Source: an uncultured Chloroflexia bacterium (lineage in GTDB: Bacteria; Chloroflexota; Anaerolineae; B4-G1; SLSP01). Taken from it: 64,000 nucleotides of DNA. The notes beneath the pieces are model-generated. The model saw only the letters and a list, made by a program, of their open reading frames with translations, had not been told where the DNA came from and ran no database searches. Numbering within the stretch: position 1 is the stretch's first letter; each line of letters opens with the position of its first letter. The position numbers and the translations under genes are program-made. The stretch lies in assembly GCA_963751345.1 (NCBI GenBank), contig CAVVUS010000030.1, positions 256,001 through 320,000 of the forward strand. The letters are read 5' to 3'. Below, piece after piece: positions 1-9,967 of this stretch.

Positions 1-324
1 CGGCACCTGATGGGGCGGGTCTTCAACTTCGTCGTGCGCACGCTGGCGGTGCCGGGCATCCAGGACACCCAGTGCGGGTTCAAGGCGTTCCGGCGCGAAC
101 CGGGGCAGGCGATCTTCTCAAAGCAGAAGATCGACGGGTTCGCCTTTGACGTGGAGGTGCTGGCCATCGCGCGCCGGTGGGATCTCAAGATCGTGGAGAT
201 CGGCATCCCCTGGTACTATGGGCCGGGGGGCAGCGTTAGCCCGATCCGCGACTCCTGGCGGATGTTCCGTGAGGTAATGAAGATCCGCAGCAACGTCAAC
301 GCGGGCATGTACGACCGCGCCTAG
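1..324 (+). CDS. GT2 glycosyltransferase (Dol-P-glucosyltransferase-like), C-terminal part, truncated by window edge
   Basis: DTQCGFKAF, GFAFDVEVL and EIGIPW motifs of DPM1/ALG5-like GT2. Confidence 0.85.
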   Translation, partial: RHLMGRVFNFVVRTLAVPGIQDTQCGFKAFRREPGQAIFSKQKIDGFAFDVEVLAIARRWDLKIVEIGIPWYYGPGGSVSPIRDSWRMFREVMKIRSNVNAGMYDRA

Positions 325-3300
325 AGTGTGTCCAGCCCCTCGGCGGCCTCGATCAGGGTGTCTACCCGGTACTCCGACTGCGCCTCGGCGCTCCGAAGCT
401 GGGTGACCAACGTGTAGGTGGCGGTGAAGCGCGCCACGAAGGCGTCATCGTCGAGCTCGGCACCCTCCAGCGCATCGAGGCAGAGCAGCCACCAGAGCCA
501 CGCCTCGAACGACTCCCGGTTGAACCAGAGTACGTCGTTGTAGCGATTGACACCCAGGAAGGCCTGCACGTCCCGGTGCCTCAGGGCACGACGGAGCATG
601 CGCGCAGGCTCCAGCGCAGGAGCAGGTGAGGGTTCCACCCCCTTCGACGTCCGAAGGCAGCCAATCGTGATGGGTCAGCAGCATCCGGACCGTCGCGATC
701 ACGCGCTGCTGCGCAACGTCGGGCAACCCCAGGTCGGCCAACGCCTCCGCCAGGGCTTACGGAGCAGCCACGCGTCGAACCAATCCCGGCTGACGGCGGC
801 AGCATTCTCCGCGTCGACCAGGCCGCCCAAACGGTGGGTGAAAAGCCAGCCAAAGAGCGCGCCCCACATCGCCCAGCCATCCGCGTCCCAGCCCGCCGCA
901 AAGGCAGCCGCGGCGGCGGAGAAGCGCTCGGCCTCGTGCGGGGGAGCGACGCGCTGTGCCACAGCATCCGGAAGGGCCAGCAAGACCTCCAGGCGATCCA
1001 CCACACTCTCGACGAGATCCGCCTCGGGGAGACCGGCTATGCCATCCTCATCCATCACCAGCGTGGCGCCGCGGAAGAGATCCAGCACCTTCTGCGTGAC
1101 CTCTTCGAGGAACGCGGCGTCCTCGGCCTCGGCCACCTTGGCTTCCACCGCATCGGCATCGGCTGCCCCAGTCGCACCGGCTGCCGCAGCCGCACCGGCT
1201 GTTGCAGCCGCACCGGCTGTTGCAGCCGCGTGGTCCACTAACCAGCGGAAGAGCCGGAGCGCTCACCAGCATACGAAACGGCACGTGGACCGGGCCAAGC
1301 ACCAGCTCCTGGAGTGCCTCGTCGATGTCGGGGACGCCCTGCCCCTTCAGGTGATCGTTGAGCTGGGCATAGTGGTGCTGGTCGTTGTCGAGAATCTCGC
1401 GGAAATCGACGAAGGCATTGACCTGATAGGCGAAGAGCTCGGCGAAGAGCCCGTGTTCGTGTAGATCGCGGCAGCTACGGATGAATTCGAGGCCGTTGAC
1501 GACGTCCCGGAAGATCAGGAAGCGGTTGGGATCGTCGGTGATCCCCAGCCCATCGCCCAGCGACGTCTGAACCAGCCGCTTGCCGCCATCGGCATCCTTG
1601 ACGGCATAGCCCACCGACATACGCACCCAGCCGCGGGTGTCGCCATAGCGATTGTTGTAGAGAATCAGCGCACGCTGATCGCCCACGCGGTTGGAATAGG
1701 CAAAGACGTTCTCATCCACCGCGCCATCCGGCGTGAAGAAGTCATAGAGGTAGAACGCCTCAACGCCGGCAAAGAGATAGCGCCGGCGCAGGAGCGGGAC
1801 AATCTGGCGCTCGTGCCGGTCGACCAGGCCCTGGTCGGGCTGCTCGTTCCAATAGGCCTGCCTGTACTCCATGCCGTACTTCTCGGCATATCCCTCGATC
1901 TGGCCGTGACCGATCATCGGCAGCCCGGGCACGGTGACCATCATCGTGCAGACCCCGAAGTACTTGTCCCCCTTGCCAAACTGATCGACCGCCGTGCGCT
2001 CGTCAGGGTTGTTCATGAAGTTGACGTAGCGGCGCAGGATCTCAGGGTCAAACTCCAGCGTGTTCTTCATCACCTCGCGATACTCCGCGTTCAGCTCATC
2101 GCGCAGCATGTTCATGAAGGCGCTGTTGTAGACGCGATGCATCCCCAGGGTGCGCACGAAGTAGCCCTCCATCATCCAGAAGGCCTCGGCGAGCAGCAGC
2201 GTATCGGGCACCTCCGCCGCCACCCTGTCGACGACCTCGCGCCAGAACTCCTCCGGCATGCGCCGGTCGAACTCGGCCTTGGTGAGGCCGAACTCCGCGC
2301 GGGAGGGGATGTCGCCGCCGGTGCCGGGCTCCGGGAACCACAGGCGCTGGTAGTGCCGCTTGGCCAGCGTCATCGCGGCATCAAAGCGGATGATCGGCGA
2401 GCGCCGGGCTACGTCAAGGATGGTGCGGATGACCGCCTCACGCACCTCGGGGTTCAGGTAATCGAGTTGGGCGGTATCGTTCCAGGGCATCTGCGTGCCG
2501 TCGTTGCCATGGTAGATATAGCGGGTGCTGCCGGTCCAATGGTCGCGCCGCTGGAACGCCACCGCCGCATCGGTGCGCTCGTAGTAGTGATCCTCCAGGT
2601 AGATGCCCACCCGGTCGTCGTCACAGAGATCGGGACCGTTGTAGGAATAGGAGGGAAAAGGGCTGTAGTCGAGGCCGACGAACCAATCGGGATGGTGGAC
2701 GACCCAGTCGGAGTCGATGCCCATGTGGTTGGGGACCATATCGCTGGCCATACGAATGCCGCGAGCCCAGGCACGCGCCCTGAGCTGCTCGAAGGCCGGC
2801 TCGCCCCCAAGGTCATCGGCCACCGTGTACGTCATGATCGAGTAGGCGGAGGCCACCGCCTCGGGGTTCCCCATCATCTGCTTGATCTTCCTGGATGCCT
2901 TACTCCGCTCCCACAGCCCGATCAGCCAGAGCGCCGTAAAGCCAAAGCGGCGCAGCCGGTCGAACTCCTCATCCGGCACGTCGTCCAGGTGGCGGATCTC
3001 ACGCCCATAGGCCTGCGACAGTTGATCCAGCCAGACGTAGACGTTCTTGGCCATCATCACCGCGCGGGGCATCCAATCCTTGTCGGGGCTGAAGTTCTCA
3101 GGTTCCGCCGCCAGCTCGCCGAACTCGTAGACCTCGGCGGGACCCGGCCCAAAGCCGAAGAACGCCTTCGCCTCCTCCTCCAGGAAGTCGAGGCTGCTGA
3201 GCAGGCGAGAGAGGTAGGATCCGAGCAAGTTGCCCCAGCGGGCGCGAATATAGGCCAACTGGGCGTGCCAGGAGCCCGGCGCCGCGAGGGCGGGACCCCG

Positions 3301-3975
3301 GAGGATGTCGAAGAGACTCTCGTTCTGGGGGCCGAAGCCCGGCTGATCCGCAAAGAACGCCTTCAGGAGATCCGCGAAGGCCGGATAGGCCTCGGTCTGC
3401 TCCAACGCCGTGTCATCGAACAACTCGGAGAAAGGGAGTGCGGCGGGGTTCTCGTTGGTCATCCACAGCAGCAGCATTTCCTCCAGAACCGCAGCGCGGA
3501 CCACCTCCGCTCTCCCTCCCACCCGAGGGAGGGGAGCGAGATACTCCTCGATCGTCTGCTTGCCCCTATGGACCGCGACCGGGGGAAACTCCTCAAGAAA
3601 CGTGACCAGGGCTTCCTCGACCTGCGGCTTGCCCAGCCGATCCTCCAGGAAGGCCAGCGCCTCCTCCATCACACGGGGCTTCCGCTGTTGGCGGTACTGT
3701 GCCACGATGTAGTGGAGGATCTCGTCGACGAGCCCCATCGCGTTGATATCGCCCGCGCGGACGCTCCGCTCGGGATGATTCACCACATCCCGTTGTTCGT
3801 TGATCCGCTGCGCGAAGAGACGGGCCGCGCGGAAATTCGCGAAGATGACATTGCCGTTGAAGGAGAAAAATGCGTCGTCGAAACCATAACGGTTTCGAGC
3901 CGCTCGGGAGACGTGGAACTCACGGACGACGAACTCCTGCGCGCGGACCGCCTGCGGGCGGATAGACATAGTCAA
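321..3975 (-). CDS. Large alpha-amylase family (GH13) glycoside hydrolase, frameshifted near 1250 and 650-700
   Basis: ORF 1048-3975 has DMVPNH, RFDAAM, LAEAFW and NNPDE GH13-type regions; C-terminus continues in frames 699-1238 and 321-638 (LGVNRYNDVLWFNRESFE). Confidence 0.85.
1173..1229 (-). repeat. 3 x 18-bp coding tandem repeat (Ala/Thr/Gly linker) inside the GH13 gene
   Basis: cgcaccggctgYYgcagc units at 1173, 1191, 1209 encoding AAATAG. Confidence 0.85.
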
Positions 3976-4315
3976 CGCCTTTTCGGGGTTAGTGGGATCA
4001 ACGAATGAAGCTAATAGCGAAACCGAGGATCATGCTCACGACCAGCAGAACGCTGATCGCCAAGAACACAATCCGGATCGTGCTGACGCCTCGTCGTCGT
4101 TTTTCGACATAGGCCGTGCTCCTTTCCAAAAGATAAGCGGGGACACACGATGTCCTTAGACGGTGTATTCCTACAATACAACAGCTTCATTATAGCACAA
4201 AGGGGACAGGGAGTAGGAGCGAGGGCGCTCCCGGAAGGCAGAGACCTACCGGCTATCACTCCGTCTCATACACTCTCGCGATCTGCGCGGCGAAATCCGC
4301 CATGAGGGGGAACCT

Positions 4316-4534
4316 GTGGAGATCGTGGAATTCCCGGAAGGGCCGTACGCGGTGAAGACGGTGCATCTGCGCGATCCGGGGAGCGACATCGGCAGTACCT
4401 GGCAGGAGCTCGTCGTCTGGCGCGAGCAAAGCGCCTACAAGGCCGCCGACCATCAGTGGCTGGAGCATCACTTCCACGTTGGTGTGCCGGGGCACGACTT
4501 CGACCTGGATCTCTATCTGCCCATCGCGAAGTAG
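4316..4534 (+). pseudogene. GyrI-like/AraC effector-binding domain, apparently C-terminal half only
   Basis: EFPEGPYAV...W.ELV.W...WLEH...DLYLPI pattern; 72 aa; GAGGGGG before GTG. Confidence 0.5.
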
Positions 4535-4629
4535 GCGATGCGACGCGCGGCCCTTCGCAGGAAAGAAGATGAATGAGAGAATGGGAATACACCCCGACCG
4601 GCGTCGGGGGAAACCTTGCGAAGGGTCGC

Positions 4630-4850
4630 GTTGGCCAGAAAATGGGTTCGTTTCGTAATAAGGCGGGGGCTGGGGAGCAGGATTTGGGGAGAAGAAGACG
4701 AGTCATGGCCAAAATGGGTTCGTTTGGTAATAGGCAGGGACTAGGGAGTAGGAATTGAGGAGAGAGGACCAGCCATTGCCAAAATGGGTTCGTTTCGTAA
4801 TGAGGGGGGCCGGGTGTAGGACTGGGGAGAAGGGGACGCAACGTGGTAGT
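4630..4850. repeat. Degenerate ~71-bp tandem repeat with conserved 21-bp core AAAATGGGTTCGTTT(C/G)GTAAT
   Basis: Cores at 4639-4659, 4711-4731, 4781-4801 (periods 72 and 70); G/A-rich linkers resemble each other. Confidence 0.85.
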
Positions 4851-4921
4851 GCGGCGAGGCGGGACTGCGGGCTGCGTCTCGGTAGGGCGTTGGACGCGGT
4901 CATCGGGTAGGTCTCCTGGAT

Positions 4922-4972
4922 TGTATAATAGATCTTTTGTTCTATTATACAGGCGAACTCGACCCCAATCAA
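4922..4972 (-). promoter_or_regulatory. Sigma70-type promoter with overlapping LexA-like SOS box inside an 11-bp inverted repeat
   Basis: Minus strand TTGATT(4967-72)-N17-TATAAT(4944-49), then AGAAC-AAAA-GATCT (4930-4943); IR TGTATAATAGA/TCTATTATACA. Confidence 0.65.
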
Positions 4973-5103
4973 GGCTCCAGGTCGGCCAACTTGCTGTCGA
5001 GCGCGCGAAGACCAGGGGGATGATCGCCCGGTAGCGATGGTGCCCATCGAGCTGATCGAAGAGGTGCTTGCCGAGCGCGAGGCATGCGTGAGGCAGTAGC
5101 GCC

Positions 5104-5153
5104 GCCCGGGGACGAGTCCCCGGGCTACGAAGCAGCGCCCGGTGAACCGGGCT
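5104..5153 (-). repeat. GTAG-type REP-like palindrome pair
   Basis: Minus strand GTAG into GCCCGGGGA-CTCG-TCCCCGGGC; second hairpin GCCCGGT-GA-ACCGGGC. Confidence 0.65.
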
Positions 5154-5428
5154 TTCTGAGCCTTCGCTACAGCCACAAGCCCACTTGCCTGGCGGGGCGC
5201 GTCGCAGGCCCCGTCCCGGCCAGCTCTGTTGTGCGCCGTCAGTCTACTTCGTACTCCGCGGCGGCTTCGCACATCACGATGCTCTCCGTGTCGACCGGCG
5301 GATAGGGCCCGGGGGTGCCATAGCCTCCCAGGCGGCCTACGGCGGTCTCGATCGCGGGGACGCAGTCACGGCACGGTCGTGCGGGAGGGGAAAGCGGGCC
5401 ATCGACGACGCGCGATCTCCTCGAGGAC

Positions 5429-5758
5429 TCAGGGGACCCTGAGCACCTCGGTGGTCCGTTTCCCCCAGCTGCCATCCTCCTTCTGTCGGGGCACATCGAA
5501 TCCAAGGATACCCTCTTCCACAAGGAAGATGAATTCCTGGCCGTCGGACTGGCGGACGACGACGGTGTCGGTTGGCTCCGGGCCGCGTTGGCGGTACTCG
5601 AAACCGGCCGGGAGGGGATAGTGGCGGTCGAAGTCGGCCGGGGTCCGGAGTTCTGGCTCGTCGATCATGCTCCGGGTCGGGTAACGGCGTGGGGATGCCG
5701 CCGGTCGGCGGGCGGGCGCCGCCTGCTTCTTGCCAAAAAGCTTACGTAGAAGCCCCAT
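5429..5758 (-). CDS. Hypothetical protein (109 aa)
   Basis: AAGGAGG RBS; protein-like composition; MGLLRKLFGKK N-terminus. Confidence 0.7.
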   Translation of the reverse strand: MGLLRKLFGKKQAAPARRPAASPRRYPTRSMIDEPELRTPADFDRHYPLPAGFEYRQRGPEPTDTVVVRQSDGQEFIFLVEEGILGFDVPRQKEDGSWGKRTTEVLRVP

Positions 5759-6116
5759 CGTGACGCCTCCTTCGGTGCTACCTGACGTTACCTTCCGCGT
5801 GGCCGATGGCGTGTCGTTGCGCCGGCCGACGCCCCTACGCCAGATCCGCCGCGATCTCCGCGGCGAGGACGTCGGGCTCGGGCGGGTTGGCAGTCTCCTC
5901 CAGCGACTCGTCGCGAATCCGGAAGATGGGGTGTGGACATAGCTTGTCGCAGTTGGACGTGCGGCGTCGCGCTTCCTAGAAGACTGTTTTTCGACAGACC
6001 CAGTCTACTATCAGGTCAGCAGTATCGCAAGACAATGCCTCCAAAGGCGGGCGCATCGCGAACTCGGATCGGGCCCACGGACCAGGTGGCGCTCACCCAC
6101 GCTGATCATCTCCGCG

Positions 6117-6199
6117 GTAGAGACGGGGCGGCGCCCCGTCTTCTGCCCGCAGCATACACGGCGCGGAGCCAGAAGATGCCCCGGCGGGGCGTCTTCTAC
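6117..6199. repeat. Inverted pair of GTAG-type REP-like palindromes
   Basis: GTAG-AGACGGGGC..GCCCCGTCT (6117-6142) and, on minus, GTAG-AAGACGCCCC..GGGGCATCTT (6171-6199). Confidence 0.65.
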
Positions 6200-6296
6200 A
6201 GGTGCAGCGACTGAGACGCGTACGCCCTGCAATGCCTCCCTACCACGCCGTATGCGGATGCCTTCGCCGCGCTGTGCCCGCCCGGAGGGGCTCGGA

Positions 6297-7457
6297 CTAC
6301 CAGAGCTTCGGCCGCGGACGACGGAGCGCCCGACCCTTCCACGTCAGGCCGTTGCCGAGGCTGATCAGGAGTGACCAAAGGGCCAGCGCTGTCATCACGA
6401 GCGTCGTGGCCGGGTAGAGCGCAGCCACGTACGCCGGCACGCGCAACTCGCGATAGGGGATCAGCCACAGCATCAGGGCGACGCCAATGCACACGAGCGT
6501 CGTGCCAAGCGACACGTCGGGCGCCAGGCCCAGACCGTAGAGCGCCAGGTCTGCGAGCGGCACGAGGAACATCACCGCCAGCCATAGCCACGCGGCCAAG
6601 TAGGGCACAAGCCGGAAGTCGAAAGCCGCAAACAGGTTCTTGGCGAACCCCGCCCACGCCTCGCGGCCGCTCCTGTACATGCGACACGAGACCAGATCGA
6701 CCGCGCTCATCATCCGCGCGCGGTATCCCATCGCCGTGATGCGCCGGGCGAGCGCGAGATCGTCCACAATCGAGGCGCGCACCGAGGCGTGGCCCCCGAT
6801 CGCATCATACGCCGTACGCCGGAAGAGCATCATCTGCCCGACGGCACACGAGAGCGCCCGACGGTTCAGGCGGTAGGCCAGCGGGAGCGGCAGGAAGGAG
6901 AGCATCACCCAGGAGAAGAACGGGACGGTCAGCTTCTCGCCCCAGGTGGGCACCTCCTGACGTGGGAAGCCGCTCACCAAGCCGGCTTGCTCGCCCTCGA
7001 TCGCCGACACGGCTGCGCGCAGCGCCCCGGGTCGGTGGAACGTGTCGGCATCCGTGAAGTAGAGCATCTCGCCGGTCGCACGGGAGGCAAGCTGGGCGCA
7101 GGCCCAGTTCTTCCCGAGCCAGCCCGCCGCCAGGGGGCGTCCATCGAGCACGACCAGACGTGGGTCGGCCTGCGCAAGCGTCCGGAGGATGGCACGGGTG
7201 CGGTCGGTCGACGCGTCGTCGAGGACCAGCACCTCGAAGTCGGGGTAGTCCTGCGAGAGCAGCGACCGGACGCAGCGTTCGATGTTGGCCTGCTCATTGC
7301 GCGCGGGCACCAGGATCGACACCTTGGGCAGGCGCGCCCCAGCGGGGTGCCCCGCGGCGCGCCGCAGCGCCCGCGCGTTGCCGAGCGCGATGAAGACCAG
7401 GATCGCCTGGAAGAAGATCAGGTGCACGATCAGGTCGTGTGTGAGGAAACGCGCCAT
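6297..7457 (-). CDS. Membrane GT2 glycosyltransferase (CrtQ/CruC-like)
   Basis: VSILVPARNE, DDASTDRT, GWLGKNWAC, FTDAD, IVDDLALAR, CRMY, TWKGR. Confidence 0.85.
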   Translation of the reverse strand: MARFLTHDLIVHLIFFQAILVFIALGNARALRRAAGHPAGARLPKVSILVPARNEQANIERCVRSLLSQDYPDFEVLVLDDASTDRTRAILRTLAQADPRLVVLDGRPLAAGWLGKNWACAQLASRATGEMLYFTDADTFHRPGALRAAVSAIEGEQAGLVSGFPRQEVPTWGEKLTVPFFSWVMLSFLPLPLAYRLNRRALSCAVGQMMLFRRTAYDAIGGHASVRASIVDDLALARRITAMGYRARMMSAVDLVSCRMYRSGREAWAGFAKNLFAAFDFRLVPYLAAWLWLAVMFLVPLADLALYGLGLAPDVSLGTTLVCIGVALMLWLIPYRELRVPAYVAALYPATTLVMTALALWSLLISLGNGLTWKGRALRRPRPKLW

Positions 7458-7469
7458 CGCTGTGAACCG

Positions 7470-8090
7470 TCAGCGCCGGCGCGCGATCCAGCCGCGCAGA
7501 TGTGGACGGCGGCGCAGGTCCGTGCGGTGCGTCCAGGCAAGCACGACCACCTGCGCCGCAAGGACGGCCAGGAACAGGGGATTGGGCATCCAGACGACCA
7601 GGATCGCAGCCAACCCCAGAAGCGTCAGCATCACGGCCCAGCCGTCGACGTCGAGAAGCGCGGTCCAGAAGAGGATCGACAGAAGCGCCGGCAGCGAGAG
7701 CCGCCACAGCGTCAGGCCGATCCACACGCCCAGCGTCACCGCCAGTGCTTTGCCTCCGTGGAAGCCGAGGAATGGAGAGAAGGCGTGACCCAGGAGCGTG
7801 GCAGTCGCGATGAGCACCATCGGCAGCCCGCGAATTCCCAGGTTGACGTACGCCCACCCGACCGGTGCGGCGGCCTTGGCAACGTCGAGCATCAGGGAGA
7901 GTACGCCCACGAGCGGCCCGCCGGCGCGGAAGGCATTCGTCGCGCCCGGGTTGCCATCGCCAAAACGACGCACGTCTGCACGGGCCAGGGCCTGGCCCAG
8001 CCAGACGGAGAAGGGCAGAGACCCACAGACGAATGACAGCCCGACGAGGGCCGGCAGAAGCAGCAGCGATGGTGCCATATTGTTGGGCAT
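7470..8090 (-). CDS. plsY: Glycerol-3-phosphate acyltransferase PlsY family protein
   Basis: GSLPF, GDGNPGATNAFR, DVAK, GHAFSPFLGFHGGKALA. Confidence 0.8.
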   Translation of the reverse strand: MPNNMAPSLLLLPALVGLSFVCGSLPFSVWLGQALARADVRRFGDGNPGATNAFRAGGPLVGVLSLMLDVAKAAAPVGWAYVNLGIRGLPMVLIATATLLGHAFSPFLGFHGGKALAVTLGVWIGLTLWRLSLPALLSILFWTALLDVDGWAVMLTLLGLAAILVVWMPNPLFLAVLAAQVVVLAWTHRTDLRRRPHLRGWIARRR

Positions 8091-8516
8091 CCGGCTCCTA
8101 ACATCCCGGGTAGGGCGATTTCAGCAAGGTCTAGCCGAACATGCGCCAACGCTCGCGGTCAGCGGAGGTGCGGGGTCAGGCGGCCGGTCCACCTCTCCTG
8201 CGACACTCTTTGTCGGATGGGCAGAGTGTCTTGCTTACCTTTGGACGAGGGCCGGCTCTGCCCGTGAGCCTAGGATACCACGGGTTGATGGAGGTCGCGA
8301 ATCCATGCAAACAAGACCATGGACGGCTTACGCGGTGCCACCGGCGTAGTTCAGAACCGGACGAAATGATCGAATGGGGGCTGTTGCCGCATGTCCCGGG
8401 GGTACTGCCAGTGCTGTCATACGACTGGATTTTAGGTGACAGAAAGCGCAGGTTGCGGGGCTGGCAATTGGACGCTAAACTGGCTATTGAACAAGAGCAC
8501 CATCAGGGAGCATGAG

Positions 8517-9686
8517 ATGCGGCGCGAGGACTTTGCAGGGTCACAGGCAGCATACCTGGTCCGGACGACTCAGTCAGGGCAGACATCGTGGGCTTACGTT
8601 CCGCCGGCTTTGCCGCCCGAACTGGACTGGACGGACGTGCAGCTCCGTCGGGCTCTCTCGGAAGCTGACCGTACCCTTGGAGAGCTGGCCGGACTAGGAC
8701 GAACGCTCCCCAATCCGCGCCTTCTGATCGCGCCCTTCGTACGTCGCGAGGCAGTGCTCTCGTCCCGCATTGAGGGGACACGTGCGGGACTCGGTGACGT
8801 GTATGCGTACGAGTCAGGGCAGCTTGCATTGCCGGGACTGGGGCCGGAGGAAGAGACGGATGTCCGAGAGGTGGTGAACTATGTACGAGCCCTCGAATTC
8901 GGGCAGGCCCAGGTAGTTTCAGGACAGCCTGTCAACCTATGGCTGATTCGAGGGCTGCACGCCGAGCTATTGAAGGGGGTGCGCGGCGCCCAGCGACATC
9001 CGGGTGAATTCAGAAAGATCCAGAACTTCATCGGGAAAACCGATTCATTGGGGGATGCCTCGTTTGTCCCTCCACCACCGTTGCACGTGCAGCAGTGTCT
9101 GGAGGAACTCGAGCGATACATACTAGCCGCGGATCCTGAAGCATCGCTGGTGCGATTGGCGTTTATCCATTATCAGTTTGAGGCCATCCATCCCTTTGAG
9201 GACGGCAACGGACGGATCGGGAGGTTGCTGGTGCCGCTGCTGTTGCTGGCGTGGGAATTGGTGCCGGAGCCGTTGCTGTACTTGAGTGCCTATCTTGAGC
9301 GGCATCGGGAGAGGTATTTCGGGCACTTGCTGGAGGTAAGTCAGCAGGGCAGCTGGCAGCCCTGGGTGATTTTCTTCCTGAGAGGCGTAGCGCAAGAAGC
9401 ACGTGATGCCGTAGGGCGAGCGCGAATCCTGCAGGATCTGCGTGAGGGATGGCGAGCCAAACTGATGGAAATGATTGTTGCCCCATCGGTGATGGCGCTG
9501 CTGGAGCTGGTGTTTGAACGACCTGTGATGAGCGCCCCCAAAGCGGAAGAGGCGCTGGGCGTTAGCTATCGCACGGCAAGCCTGGCGATTCAGCGACTGG
9601 AATCAGCAGGAATTCTCACTCAGATAGACGGAAGCTCGCATCCACGTCAGTATGCGGCCGAGGAGATCCTGGCTGCGTTACGCTAG
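8517..9686 (+). CDS. Fic family protein with C-terminal HTH
   Basis: HPFEDGNGRIGR Fic motif; EAVLSSRIEGT inhibitory-helix motif. Confidence 0.92.
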   Translation: MRREDFAGSQAAYLVRTTQSGQTSWAYVPPALPPELDWTDVQLRRALSEADRTLGELAGLGRTLPNPRLLIAPFVRREAVLSSRIEGTRAGLGDVYAYESGQLALPGLGPEEETDVREVVNYVRALEFGQAQVVSGQPVNLWLIRGLHAELLKGVRGAQRHPGEFRKIQNFIGKTDSLGDASFVPPPPLHVQQCLEELERYILAADPEASLVRLAFIHYQFEAIHPFEDGNGRIGRLLVPLLLLAWELVPEPLLYLSAYLERHRERYFGHLLEVSQQGSWQPWVIFFLRGVAQEARDAVGRARILQDLREGWRAKLMEMIVAPSVMALLELVFERPVMSAPKAEEALGVSYRTASLAIQRLESAGILTQIDGSSHPRQYAAEEILAALR

Positions 9687-9718
9687 GAATCTATCGATCC
9701 TTATCATTTTGGGGGCAT

Positions 9719-9748
9719 TTTGATACTTTACCGTCGAAAAGTATCAAA
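9719..9748. promoter_or_regulatory. AT-rich inverted repeat downstream of fic (operator or terminator candidate)
   Basis: TTTGATACTTT-N8-AAAGTATCAAA; further TGATAC/TATCA half-sites at 9701 and 9762. Confidence 0.4.
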
Positions 9749-9967
9749 TCATAGGGCGAACTGATACTCAAGTACCATTTACGGTGTTGAGGGTGGGACA
9801 ACAACCAGTAACGAGTGACGATGGACGTGAGGACGTGAGGACGTCGTCTCGCCCGGTCCGGTCACTCCCCGACGCAGTCGAGGCCATCACGCGTCACGTC
9901 CCACACAAGCCGACCGAGGCTCTCGTGTGAGCCTCGGCCGACGGCGATGTCCGATTGCGCGTCGCCG

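Noticed and set aside
4639-4801. CRISPR array
   Set aside because: Only three 21-bp non-palindromic cores, the spacers resemble each other, and no cas genes are in the window.
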